A stretch of DNA of 64,000 bases from assembly GCF_006345805.1 (NCBI RefSeq), contig NC_043022.1, forward strand, positions 868,001 to 932,000. Reading direction: 5' to 3'. This DNA is from Octopus sinensis (Eukaryota). How positions within the stretch are numbered: the stretch's first letter is position 1; each line of letters opens with the position of its first letter. The notes under the pieces were generated by a model. That model ran no database searches, had not been told where the DNA came from, and saw nothing but the letters and a program-made list of their open reading frames with translations. A program made the position numbers and the translations under genes. Positions 25,082-38,737 of this stretch are shown here, piece by piece.

Positions 25082-28000
25082 TTAAAGGAGCAAGAATTCC
25101 ATGTGAAATGCAGCAGGATTTGGAAAGATAGAGACAATGTTTGAATATTTATACATGTTTACACTAAATGCTATCTAGATTTGCATGCTGGAAAATACAA
25201 CACACACACAAACTGTACCTACCATTTCTAATATAAAATGGTGTTTTCTGTGATATTTAATATCTATTAGACAATTAACTACTACTACACACATACACAC
25301 AAGTACCATGTTTCCCAGTATACAAGTTAAAATTTTCAAACCAAAATGTATAGTCGAAAGAGGCAGGTCATCCTCTACACCGAGATGACTTTGGAGAATT
25401 AAAAATGAAATGACTAGAATTGGAAAGATAGGGACAATGGTTGAATGCTTATACTGCATGGGTACCAAGATGACTTGTATGCCAGAAAATATGCTAACTC
25501 TCTTTACTCTTTTACTTGTTTCAGTCATTTGACTGCAGCCATGCTAGAGCACCGCCTTTAGTCAAACAACTTGACCCCAGGACCTATTCTTTGTAAGCCT
25601 ACTACTTATTCTATCAGTCTCTTTTGCAGAACTGCTAAGTTACGAGGACGTAAACACACCAGCATCAGTTGTCAAGCGATGTTGCGGGGACAAACACAGA
25701 CACACAATCATATACATATATACATAATATACATACGACAGGCTTCTTTCAGTTTCTGTCTACCAAATCCACTCACAAGGCTTTGGTTGGCCTGAGGCTA
25801 TGGTAGAAGACACTTGCCCAAGGTGCCACACAGTGGGACTGAACCCGGAACCATGTGGTTGATAAGCAAGCTACTTACCACACAGCCACTCCTGTGCCTA
25901 AATTATACGCAAGACTGAGGCAGTGAGCTGGCAAAATTGTTAGCTTGCCAAGCAAAATGTCGAGCAGCATTTTGGTCTCCTTTATGTTCAGAGTTCAAAT
26001 TCCACTGAAGTCAACTTTACTTTTCATTTTTTCAGGGTTGATAAAATAAGTACCAGTTGAGCAGTGGGGTCAATGTGATCGGCTTGCCCCCTCCCCTCAA
26101 ATTGCTAGCCTTGTATCAAAATTTCAAAACAAAATGTACTCGAGAATAAACAATGGAAACAGAGGCAAAAGCAGAGAAAACCTGAAGAAATTTGAGGAAA
26201 GTAGGAAGATGCATTATCTCATATCTTCAAGATCTTGATGGTGTAATTACTTAACGTAGAATAACATTGTAGGGTAGGTGTGAGAGCCTGGATCTGGTCA
26301 GTTTGAACATAAAACAGATTAAATATTTTGGCCGGATATGGCCGGTTTAAATACTAAAGGGTTAACAGTTTGACACAAGAGGCCTTCAGGAAGGACATCA
26401 GTTCACAATGTCAAGGTAGCTTAGAATACATGTGAACCAATACGGCAGGCATACAAACATAGCAATTTTTCCTGTTTCTTTATAGATTGAAAAAAAATGA
26501 TGATCGGCCTGAGGCATGAAAAGCAGAAACAGGGATGAACATCCCCAACTCTTCAAATACCTTAGATATGTCAGTACATGAAAAAGATAAGAATACTATG
26601 TAAGGTGCAGACATGGCTGCTTCATGGTTAAAAAGCTTGCTTCACAACCAATGGGTTTCAAGTTCAGTCCTGTGCAGCACCTTGGACAGGTGTCTTCTAC
26701 TATATAGCCCTTGTTAGACGGAAACTGAAAGAAGCCCATCATGTGTGTGTGTGGTGTGTGTGTGTGTGCAGATGGCCACAGTCTAATGACTCAAGATAAA
26801 AAATACCTTTTTATATACACACACATACATATCATCATCATCATCATGATCGTTTAATGGTTTCCATGAGTTACTACATCTTGTCATTACTCCAGAGGAG
26901 CCCCATTCTGGCCACTTGTACCCCAAATTATTGAGACAAAAAATAAAAGGAAGGAAGGTAGAAATTTAGGAATACAGAAGAAGGAGAAAAAAAAGAAAAA
27001 CAGTGAATAATTGTTTGTTAGAATTTAGGAGGTGGGGGGCAGAAATGGAGAGGCTGAAGAGAATTCTGAACTACATGGTACAGGTATGGCTGGATTCCAG
27101 GTTCATTTAACATCCAGCTTCCATGCAAGTATGGGTTGGGATATAGGAAAAGATGTCACCATCATCTTTTAACATCCACTTTCCATGCTGGCATGGGTTG
27201 GACAGTTTCACTGGAACTGGTAAACCAGAAAGCTGTTCCAGGTTCCAGTCTGATTTGGCATAGTTTCTACAGCTGAATGCCCTTCCTAATGGCACCCACT
27301 CCAAGAGTGTAACGGGTGCTTTTTATATGCTGCTGGCACAGGTGCCATTTGCACAACACCAGTATCTGCCACGACTGTGATTGTACTTGGTTTCATGGGT
27401 CTTCTTCTCAAGCTCGACATAATGCCAAAGGTCTCGATCATTCATCATTGCCTCCACGAGTCCCAACACTTGAAAGGTGCTCTTTACGTGCAACCGACAT
27501 CACCCACTTTGCCTCCGTGAGGCCCAACGTTCAAAAGGTGTTCTTTACGTGCCACTGGCACGAGTGCCATTTACATGACACTGGTAATGGCCACGACTAC
27601 GATATCATTTGGCTTGACGAGTCTTCTTAAGCAGAGCATATCACCAGACACCTTTACTCTTTCACTTGTTTCAGTCATTAGACTTCGGCCATGCTGGGAC
27701 AACACCTTGAACAATTTAGTTTAGTCGAATGAATCGACCCCAGTACTTATTTATTTGTTAAGCCTGGTACTTATTCTACCAACCATTTTTTTGCTGAACT
27801 GCTAAGTTACAGAGACATAAACACACCACTTGTCAAGAAGTAGGGAATGTGTGACAAACACACACTCACACATATATATAAAATAATAAATAAATGCGCC
27901 CTTTCAAAGCCTAGCCAGGCTCATGGGCCCGGTTTCCCGGTTTCTATGGCATATGTGTTCCTAGCAGGACAGAGCGCCAGTCCATCGCAACGTTTCTCAT

Positions 28001-28633
28001 TTTTGTCAGCTGAGTGGACTGGAGCAATGTGGAATGAAGTGTTTTGCTCAAGAACACAATGCGTCGCCCGGTCCAGGAATCGAAACCACAATCTTACGAT
28101 CATGATGCTGACGCCCTAACCACTAAGCCATGCGCCTCCACACACATATATATAACTAAAGAATAAATTAGAAAGAGACAAATTTCAAAGTCAACAATAC
28201 TCCTCATCAAAGCCAACATGTATTCAAACACGGAGGGCATATGTGTGTGTGTGTGTGTGTTTGGATATATCTTGGCATTGATGAGGAGGATTATCAACTT
28301 TGAAATTTGTGTCTTACTCATTAATTCTTTAGTCTAATCGCTCAGTAAACTAAGTCCTCTGCTGTTGTTTCTTGAACAGTTTACCTCTTTAATTTTTCAT
28401 TACATATAGATATATATATATATATATATACGATGGGCTTCTTTCAGTTTCCACCTACCAAATCTACTTATAAGGCTTCGATCGTCCTAAGGCTACTGTA
28501 GAAGACAGTTGCCCAAGATGCCATGCAGTGGCACTGAACTCAGAACCATGTGGTTGGGAAGCAAGCTTCTTACCACATAATGACACCAGTGTCCATACAG
28601 TTTTCCATATATATATATATATATATATACACA

Positions 28634-29020
28634 CAAGCAAAACGCACCCCCGGCCAATGGACGGTGCTGAGTTGTCAAACATTTAACCCAAATTTTCTCA
28701 AAACAACTTGCCCAACCGTCCCATTTTGTGGCATTATTTCAAGCCAGCCAGCTTTTTTTGCGCAAACTGCACATGCATTTTTCTCGCGTACGCATTGTAT
28801 CGATCGCAACAGCTGATGTACTTGCATGTACAAATGCACGTTCCCACGGCTTTATCGATCGCATTCTCACCTGGAATTGATTTTTGTAATTTTTTCAAGA
28901 TTTATACACGCCCTGATACCGTCGGTATCTACATATCAAATTTGAGCGCAATCAGATGGAGGATGCCCGAGATCCTAGAAGACACACACACAGACAGACA
29001 GACAGATTTTATATAATAGA
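28634..29020 (-). mobile_element. Non-autonomous Helitron-like element
   Basis: On the minus strand: 5' TC start (tcttatatataaaa), (tctg)n, a subterminal gcacc...ggtgc hairpin and a CTTG end. Inserted between A and T with no TSD. Confidence 0.65.
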
Positions 29021-29687
29021 TATATATGTATATATATATATATACATACACACACACACATATATGACTTAAGAGTCTGCCGTCTACATTCTTTTGTTTT
29101 GAGTCAGTTGCCTAGTTTGAAACAAAGTCTTTCAGTGACTGTGACAACATCTTCGCCACCATCATCATTCTTCCTCCTCCTCCTCTCTTCTTTATTATTT
29201 CATTTATCAAAACACTGTTTCCTCTACTGCTATCTTTACCACTCAAAAACTTTTAAGGCCTACTTCATGAGTCATTGAGATAAATATTACACACACACAC
29301 ACATCTGTGTATTCACAAATACATAACTCACATTATATATATATAAATTAATAATAAATATTAAGGAATAAATCCAAACTTACAGGGAAAAATCAGATTT
29401 AGGATTAAATCCAATTTTATAGTAAAATATTATATCATATTAAATTAGAGATAAAACCACTATTAGGCAAATCAAACAATGAAAAACATAAGCCAATGCA
29501 TAAAATTAATTTAATTTATATTATTTTAAATATATATCAAATGTATTAAATTAATTTTATGCATTGGCTTATGTTTTTCATTGTTTGATTTGCCTAATAG
29601 TGGTTTTATCTCTAAATTAATATATAATAAAATATATTTATCTATGTATGTGCAAGTGTATGTATTCATATATGTATACATACACTT

Positions 29688-29890
29688 GCTGAAAAGTTCC
29701 TGGCTTGAAGGCTATTGCAAAAGGCCTGGTTGGAAGCTCCCAACCCTCTGAGTTCTTTTACAGGGCTTAGAAGAATTGAAGGGCTGCTGCAATAAGTGTG
29801 TGAATCTGAAAGGGGAATATGTTGAATAAAATCATTAACTGATCCTGTATTTTCTTTTACCCAAGCCAAGAACTTTTCAGTACCTCTACG
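29688..29890 (+). mobile_element. mariner-derived MITE keeping the transposase C-terminus
   Basis: TIRs ctgaaaagttcctggctt / aagccaagaacttttcag. The interior translates QGLEELKGCCNKCVNLKGEYVE*, like the mariner GIxxLxxRWxKCxxxxGxYVE* end. Confidence 0.8.
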
Positions 29891-30041
29891 TCTGTGTATC
29901 ATCTTTGATTCTTTCACTCGCCAGACTGCAACCATGTTTGAACACTGCCATAATTTTTATTTTTTTTACTTTTGTTGTCGCTTTATGATTGAAAGTTGGT
30001 CAATAATCAAGATGTTTATATACATATATATATATAATATG

Positions 30042-30084
<43 letters not shown>

Positions 30085-32494
30085 CATTCATCATCATCAT
30101 TTTCATTTAGCGTCCGCTTTCCATGCTAGCATGGGTTGGACGGTTCAACTGGGGTCTGTGAAGCTGGAAGGCTTCGTCAGGCCCAGTCAGATCTGGCAGT
30201 GTTTCTACAGCTGGATGCCCTTCCTAACGCCAAACAATATATATATAAATTAGAGAAGAACCACCATGTAGCAATTCAACAATGATATAATTAAATCATT
30301 CCATATAGAAAAAAATTAAAGTTACGATAAAACATTTACCTAGAACTATACACACACGGATAGATAGATAGAGATGGATGGATGGATGGATGGATGGATG
30401 GATGGATAGATAAAATGGTTGTTTTGATGTCCACTTTTCCATGTTCACACAAGTCAGACAGAACTTGTTGAGGTGGATGTCCTTTCTGTCACCAACGCTC
30501 CCCATTTCCAAGTAAGGTCATAATTCCCCAGGAGCAAATGTTTCCACAGAAGATAAGAAATAAAGGACATCACTTGCAGGACAGGGACATTCATTTACAA
30601 CTCTATTATACTCTCACTCTATAACTTTTTACCTTCTTTGAGCAACAACCTAATAAGATTAACTGCAAATGTCCCTCGGACTTCTGTTGTTCATTTCTTT
30701 TTAATTTGATTTGCTTTGGTATGTAATTTGCAGGTTCTGAGGAGCAGAGAGAGTTGTAGTAATTGTGGAAGAGGAAACACGCTGAAACGCAGCACTTGTG
30801 ATGGACTGGAGCATGGACTGTCCCACTGATCATCAACCAGAAGGCTTTCCTTTGGACGTGGCCAAGGAGACAACAGTGATGCATTTCATTTCCTTTCCAC
30901 AGCCTCCATAATATTTTTCTTTTAATCCACCCGGGTACATCCACTGTCAACTTATTAAAACCAATGTTAATTCAAAAGATTATTAACCTTTTCATTACCG
31001 TACTTCTGTTGAGATGCTCTGTGTGTCTTTCAATTAATTTTAAATATAACAAAGAATTTAGTAAAATAACTTCATTATCATCAAGCTAGTTTTAGGACAC
31101 ACTAAGCATTTTATTATTATTATTATTATTATTATTAAGGTGGTGAGCTGGCAGAATCGTTAGCACGCTGGACGAAATGCTTAGTGGTATTTCACCCGTC
31201 GCTACATTCTGAGTTCAAATTCCTCTGAGGTCAACTTTGCCTTTCATCCTTTCAGGGTTGATAAAATAAGTACCAATTACACACTGGAGTCAATGTAACC
31301 GATTAACTCCCCACCCCACCCCACCCCAATCTCAGGCCCTGTACCTACAGTAGAAAGGATTATATTAAAGATTGTTATTCTTTAATCAGTGTATATGCAG
31401 AGTTTAAAGTTTGTTCTCATATTGTAAATTTACTGAATTTATAAAATTACTGAAAATCAACTTAATTTGCAGATTTTGGTTCATAGTTGTTTGAGGTGTT
31501 AGAAATAGCAGCCAAATCTTGTGCAAATTGAAGACACGTTTGACTGACTGTCAACCCTTTTGTTACCATATTTCTGTTGAGATGCTTTATGTTTCTTTCA
31601 ATTCATTTTAAATATAACAAAGAATTTAGGACAATAATTTGGTTATCATTAAGCTGAAAGCAAGACATTTGTACTTCAGAGCCAGAGTTGGTTTCAGGCA
31701 TGTTCTTAGCAAAAGGGTTAAAACACACAAAAAGAAAAACCCTCAAAAGGTACTGCTAGCCACATCTAAGGGATGAAAAGAGTAAATTAAAAAATAAAAT
31801 ATGACCCTGAAAAGCTGGTGATCAATATGGTTAGCATCATCATCCTTTCTTCTGACTCTCTATGTTCAGAGTACAAATCCTGCCTTTCATCCTGTCAGAC
31901 TCAATAAATTAAGTACTGGTTGAGCACTGGAACTGATGTAATCAACTTCCCCTCCCCTCAAAATTATTGGCCTTGTGCCAAAATTAGAAAGAATTCTTAT
32001 AATTTTCTGAAAGAAAGTGGTCAGCTGGCAAAATCATAACCATATCAGCATTTTGTGTGTCTTTGCATTCTGAGTTCAAATTCCACTGAGGTCAATTTTG
32101 CCCTTCATCCTTGGGGGGGGGGGGGGTTCGATAAAGTAACAGTTGTGCACTGAAGTCAATGCAATCAACTTGTCCCCTCCCACAAAATTGCTTGGGCTAA
32201 AATCTGAAATTATTATTAGTCTTAAAAGGGGACAGCAGAATGGCAGATCTGTTAAAGTGCAAGGATAAGATGCCTTGAAGAATTTGTCCCAGCTCTTTAC
32301 ATTTTTGAGTTCAAATCCCATCAGTTTGGAGGAGGTCAAGACTATCAACCAAGTACTATGGCCAGTGGTAAAAACCAGCCTCCACCACTTGAACTTGCAG
32401 ACTTTGTGACTAAATTAGAAATGTAGGTACTGGGGGGGGGAGTAGAGTGGGGGTCAATGGTATTTTCTGGCTTTGTGCCACCATCATCATTTAA

Positions 32495-33581
32495 CCCTTT
32501 CGTTACTATATTTCTGACCAAAATACACCCCTTATGTGTTTCAATTAATTTCTAACGTAATCATAAATTTAGTCTGGTTTCATTAAACAACTATAACTTT
32601 TTAATTTATCGATATATTAATCTGATTTTTGGAAGATAATTTAATGAAATATTCTCAACCAATTCTATACTATAATTTTTGTCACAAAGTGACTCTAATT
32701 GTAGGTAGATACAGGTAAATTCCACAAAATATAAAATTATTAAAATTTTGTTCAAACATCGCTATAGAAAATGGGTTATTAGCTAATATTCAGTTGGGTA
32801 TACAACAAAATTTTACGATAGAATTTGTTATTCTGGGTAACTTTCTGATACCCATAATAATATTTATGGCAAAATAGGCCTTAATTTCATTTAAGGTTGT
32901 GGGAAATAACAAGCTATCCTTTCTTTCGTTTTGTTTACGTTTAGCGTAACGGTTCGTTTTCGTCGTAATGATTTCAAATGGGCTCATTCGAAAAAGTAAA
33001 AAGAAATAGTCGAAGGCTTTACCCTTCTGGGAAAGTCTGTGGCTTGGTCCAGTTTCTTCAGAAAAATCACCGAAAGAAACAGTTTTTAAATTTTCACTCC
33101 ATTCAGGTGCCAATTCGTTTTCTTTATCGCTGTCGGAGATCTCAGATTCACTGTTTTCACTTTCGGAAAATGAAACATCAGATTCATTATCAAATACCAC
33201 ATGCTTTTTTTTTTCAGTCATGGAGTTAGATTTATGAAGGTCTTCAGTAGAAAATCCTTCGAATTCTGACTCGCTGCTTGATATAATGAAATTCGTATCC
33301 ATTTTTTGTCAGAATTACAAATTTTGAAAACACAATAGGAACAAATTTCGGAAAAAAATCTCCCAAAATTCACGGAATTAAAATTACACTTCGATTATTG
33401 TACAAAACTGTAGTTGAACTGTTTACGAAGTATAATACGTGTTTTCACGAATGTACTGAAGAGATTCGCTCTGATATTCTCATTTAAATATGAATAGGTA
33501 AATTCGGGCGGCTTTGGGCGGTTTGGTCTCATAAACCAAAATTTTTTTCGGGCGGCTTTGGGCGGTTTGGTAACGAAAGGG
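32495..33581 (-). mobile_element. Internally deleted piggyBac element
   Basis: TTAA on both sides (32491-32494, 33582-33585); TIR ccctttcgttac / gtaacgaaaggg; a duplicated subterminal ttcgggcggctttgggcggtttggt; contains a transposase N-terminal ORF. Confidence 0.92.
32790..33302 (-). pseudogene. Truncated piggyBac transposase (PGBD-like N-terminal part)
   Basis: Acidic Ser-rich N-terminus followed by GP...AFDYFFLLF...IITTKTNRYA...TTLNEIKAYFAINIIMGIRKLP, typical of piggyBac. It stops before the DDD catalytic core. Confidence 0.88.
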
Positions 33582-36500
33582 TTAATGTCTATTTTGCATG
33601 CTGGCACGGGTTGGACAGTTTGATAGGATCTGGCAAGACAGAAGTCACACCAGGTTCCATAATCTGTTTCGGCATCGTTTCTATGACTGGACACCAATCA
33701 CTTTACAGAGTGTTCTGAGTGCTTTTTACATGGCCCCATGGTTTTAGGATCTCAGTTCTGTTGTGGTGGGCATGTCTTCTTGAGTACAGCAACTTGCCAT
33801 ATTACTCCGTCCCAGAAACCCTTTTTATTGTTAAATGGAAGAATCAGAATCATTAGGGGGTCAAAACAAAATACATTGTAGCATTTAATTGTTGCTTCTT
33901 ACATTCTAAGTTCAAATCTCACCGCATTCAACTTTGCTTGTCATCCTTCCAGGGTCGACAAAATACCAGTGAAATACTGAGGTCAATATTTATTTCTTTA
34001 TTGCCCTCAGGAGGCTAAACATAGAGGGGACAAACAAGGACAGACAAAGGGATTAAGTCGATTACATCGTCCCCAGTGTGTAATTGGTACTTATTTAATC
34101 AACCCCGGTGGAATTTGAACTCAGAACATAATGACAGACAAAATACCACTAAGCATTTCACCTGGCATGCTAACAGTTCTGCCAGCTCACTGCTTTGACT
34201 GAGGTTAATATTAGTGAGGTTTCCTTAGAGGTTTCTCTGTAATTTTGTAGCAGCCTTGGTGGTGGCTGTGAAGGCACATGGCCTGGTGGTTCGGCTGTTG
34301 CACTCACAACCACAAGGTCATGGGTTCGATTACCAGACCAGGTAGTGAACTGTTCTAAGACAAAACACTTCATTTCATGTTGCTTCTGTCCAATCAGCTG
34401 TGAATGAGTAAGCCTCCAACGGACTGGCACCCCCTTGAAGTGATGTGGGGGTTGAGATTGCAGTCATTTATATGCCATGGGCTCACAGGGGCCAGTTTGT
34501 ATTTTTCTTTTTACTTGATGGTGAACTAACACTCCGTCGGTTACGTCGACGAGGGTTCCAGTTGATCCGATCTACGGAACAGCCTGCTCGTGAAATTAAT
34601 GTGCAAGTGACTGAGTACTCCACAGACATGCATACCCTTAACCTAGTTCTCAGGGAGATTCAGCATGACACAGAATGTGACAAGGCTAGCCCTCTGAATT
34701 ACAGTTGCAACTCATTTTTGTCAACCGAGTGGACCGGAGCAAAGAGAAATATGATTCTTGCTCAAGGACAAAATGCACAGCCAAGAATAAAAGCCACGAC
34801 CTCACAATCGTGAGCCAAATACCCTAATCACTAAGCCACGTACCTTCACTCACTTGATGGTGACTAAATAAAAAAAAACTGTATAACACTAAACTGCATC
34901 TGGTAGTGGGGCCCTGGTTTGGGAATTCCAGGGCTTTGAGGAATATGGGACCACATCTTGGCCACTGTTGTTTGCAGGTGCTACACTGACCCAGAGTAGT
35001 CACACCTGTCAGGATCCCAGCTAAGGATTAAAGAGCATGTGACTACCTGAGCAAGGGCGTGTTGAAAGGATGGAGGATGTAAATGATCTGAGCAAATGAA
35101 TTTATTAAATCAATGGTGAAATATCATAAGATGGTGAGCAGACGAACAGACAAGAAACTGTCAATGGCCAGGGTCAACCAGTTCAGTTAGCAAACTACTG
35201 CTGCCACCTGTGGACATGGCATGCACAGAGGAGATATCTAGTTCGTGAAAAACCAATGTGACTAAACATCATCATCATTTAACATCCGTTTTCCATGCTG
35301 GCATGGATTGGATGGTTTGACCGGGGCTGGTAAGCTGGAAGGCAGCACCAGACTCCAGTCTGATTTGGCCATGATTTTCTACAGATGCCCTTCCTGACGC
35401 CAACCACTCTGAGAGTGTCATGGGTACTTTTACGTGCCATTTGCGTGACACCAGTATCTGCCACGACTGCAATTTTGCTTGGTTTGATGGGTCGTCTTCT
35501 CAAACACGACATTTTGCCAAAGGTCTCAGTTATTGCATGCATGAGGCCCAATACTCGAAAGGAGCTCGGCCACTTTGCCTGGAATTCATGCTTCATCTTT
35601 TGATTGAGGCATCTGGTGTGAAAGAGTTACATTGGTCCTTGGAAAGTCGTCCGACCTGAATGGAAGGAATGAAACAAAAGAATGATCACCCCAACAGCCG
35701 ACAAAATAACAATAACAGAACCTTTCTAAATAAGCACCCATATTGTATACATAACATCGTCCTCATTTAACATTTGCTTCCTATGCTGGTATGGGTTGTG
35801 ATGCAGATGGATGAGGATAGTTGCATAAAGAAATGCTGACCACCTGAAGTGGATAAAAGCTGTGGGAGAGGAAGACCAGCAAAGACACGGGATGAAGCAT
35901 TATTGAAGGCCAATCTCAAAATGCCGAACCTTATGAAGGAGATCAAGATATGCCCACCACAACAGAACTGAGATCCTAAATCCAAGGTGCAACATAAAAA
36001 GCATTGGTGTGGGTGATGGTGCCACTTAAAAAGCACCCGATACACTCTGTAAAGGGGTTGGCACTAGGAAGGGCATCCAGCCAGAGAAACCAAGTTAAAA
36101 CAGAGACTAGGGAACCTGATGCAGCTCCCAGCCTTGCTAGTGCCTGTCCAACTGTCCAACCCATGCCAGCAGGGAAAACAGACGTTATGTATTGATGATG
36201 GTGATGCAGAGGACTGCACCGAACTATACTGTGTGTTTCAGCATGGTTTCTTCTGTTGGATGCAATGCAAACCACTTTACAGAGTGCACTGGATGCTTTC
36301 TATGTGGCATCAACATGAGCAAGGTCACCGAGGAACCCACAAGACAAAGACAAACCCTCACCCACCTCAAATGATTGGGGGAGTCGTAGAGAGGAAGGTG
36401 GCACTGTGCCAGGTGATGACGGAGGGAGAGTAAGACGGAGGGAGAGTAAGAGGGAGGGAGAGAAACAGGATTCTTGTTGTAGAAGAGATACATGACTGCC

Positions 36501-36596
36501 CCAACTGGAAAAAAAAGAGAGAGAGAGAGGCAAGCAGAGAGAATACTACAATAACAACAACAGCAGCAACAACATTTGAAAAGTAGTTATAAATAT

Positions 36597-36740
36597 TTAT
36601 TCCCATTTTTTACTAACATTCAGAGATTTGAAGCAATCTTCAGCAACAACATTCTTATACCAGGTTTTTTGTGGCCGAGATCGAAACAATTCAGTCTTTC
36701 TCTGAGCCCTGCGTTCGCTCATGTGATTGATTTCTTCTCC
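36597..36740 (-). CDS. MRPL57: mL63 (MRP63) terminal coding exon
   Basis: ttttctttttag|GGA GAA GAA...TGG GAA TAA, 144 nt, encoding GEEINHMSERRAQRKTELFRSRPQKTWYKNVVAEDCFKSLNVSKKWE*. The end LNVSKKWE resembles human LNVTKKWS. The three exons total 324 nt = 107 aa + stop. Confidence 0.92.
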   Translation of the reverse strand, partial: GEEINHMSERRAQRKTELFRSRPQKTWYKNVVAEDCFKSLNVSKKWE

Positions 36741-37898
36741 CTAAAAAGAAAACAATATTTCAAAAGAACATTTAAGACAGACACATTCAGGAAATTCCTT
36801 TTAATTGCATAGCTTGGTTAATTGCATGACTGCTTACTGTTTACTTAGCATCAAATCCATGCAGAATTGTTCAGTTAAATGCATATGCAGGACATGTCGA
36901 TTTTGGTTAATTGCATATATTCTTTTATTCTTCTTTTACTCATTTCAGTCATCTGTGTGTGTTGGGGTCTCCTTGCCTTGTCAGTGTGCGACAGCTGTAA
37001 ATGAGCATCACTGTCATACAAGCAGTGTCTACGGAACACCACCTTAAAGGATTTCAGCCAAACAAATCAACCCCCATGACTTATTCTTTGTAAGCCTAGT
37101 ACTTATTTTATCAGTCTGTTTTGCCAGACAGCTAAGTTACAGGGACATAAACACACCAACATTGGTTGTCAAGCAATGGTAGAGGTGGGGAGACAAACAC
37201 ATACATACATACAACAGGCTTCCTTTACTTTCTGTCAACCAAATCCACTCACAGGACTTTGGTCAGCTCAAGGTCACACAAGTGCCTTACAGTGGGACTG
37301 AACTTAGCACCATGTGGTTGGGAAGCAAGCTTCATACCACACAGCCATGCCTGACCCTATATATGCAAAATTTGTCCATTTTGGTTCACTGTATCTAGAT
37401 AATTTCTCCAGAGGGAATTTTTTTTTCCCTAATTGAAAACAAAATTTAACATTTGATTTGATGGGGGAAGTGAAAAATAACAATTCTGGAAGCTTCTGTT
37501 TACAAGAGTAATTTTAACAACTGTACGTTCCACTCTTCCGTGCAAAGTTACTTCATATAAATTGCTCTGTTAAATTCCTCAGTCACTTAGCGGTCATCAA
37601 TTGTGCTAGTATTGAGGAGTGGCCATGGATGGTGGCTCTAAGGAAAGCTAGTCACTATAAAGTTACACCTCACAGACCCTGTTATATAAACATGCACAAA
37701 CATTGCTTTATGCTACAAGTGCAATGGATGTCTTTATCACACACATGAAAACTGCTAACATCAACAGATTTCACTCTCTTGCTGCAGAAATCAAATCTAT
37801 TCACTCAAAATTTTACTACCCTTTAACTGTGCAGTTTTATATACGAATCTATCTTTTGTTGAGGAACATCATGTTTGAAACAATTTTCTAATGAGATA

Positions 37899-38323
37899 TT
37901 GAAACTCTGACGTCTGGCAGTTGACTTGGCAGATACCCATAAAATTATTAACTCTGAGCACCTTTTCAAACTCCACCTGTCTAACACCCATGGACATATT
38001 TACAAAGTCAGAAAACAGCATAGCTCCCATGACTTTCGGAAACATTTTTTCACGCTGAGAGTTGCTGAAGCATGGAACAAACTGCCGGCATCAGTTGTTA
38101 GTTGTCAGAGCACTGCATTCTTCAAAACTTCCATGCTTCCTGAGATTCACCAACGCTACACCTGATTTTCTCCCCTCCATACACACGCAAATATGTATCT
38201 GACACATACACTGTTCACTTTCCAGACATTTGTACATTACTGCATATGCTTTATATGCACTTTTGACAAGTTGTGGTGCACCTGAGCACTGTATACAATA
38301 ATTTCATTATTATTATTATTATT
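37899..38323 (+). mobile_element. 5'-truncated CR1-like LINE
   Basis: DLADTHKII...THGHIYKV...RKHFFTLRVAEAWNKLP ORF2 C-terminal motif, then a 3' UTR and an (ATT)n tail. Confidence 0.85.
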
Positions 38324-38389
38324 TTGAGGCAACAAGACTTGCAGGAAATACCAATTCTAATTTTTGGAAAATATTTAACATCATTACTG

Positions 38390-38737
38390 GAATAAGCATC
38401 AACATCAAAAATCAAATGGAAATTGTAGTTGTGATACCTGCGCCAGTGGCATGTAAAAGGCACCATCCGAACATGGCCGATGCCCTTGACTGGCTTCCGT
38501 GCCTGAAAAAGTACCAACTGATCGTGGCCGTTGCCAGCCTCGCCTGGTACCTGTTCCGGTGGCACATAAAAAGCACCCACTACACTCACGGAGTGGTTGG
38601 CATTAGGAAGGGCACCCAGCTGTTGAAACACTGCCAGATCAGACTGGAGCCTGGTGCAGCCTCCTGGCTTCCAAGACCCCAGTCGAACTGTCCAACCCAT
38701 GCTAGCATGGAAAACGGACGTTAAACGATGATGATGA
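38390..38737 (+). repeat. RTE-type 3' UTR repeat, example copy (others about 8775, 21330, 27110-, 30085-, 35270-, 39460, 41165-, 43360, 57620, 60280, 63010)
   Basis: Recurring aaaagcaccca.tacactc...gtggttggcattaggaagggca...ccaacccatgctagcatggaaa.cggacgttaaacgatgatgat. Confidence 0.8.

Noticed and set aside
25571-25795. Recurrent peptides such as RQASFSFRLPNPLTRLW in several ORFs
   Set aside because: They are chance translations of SINE family B, not a gene family.
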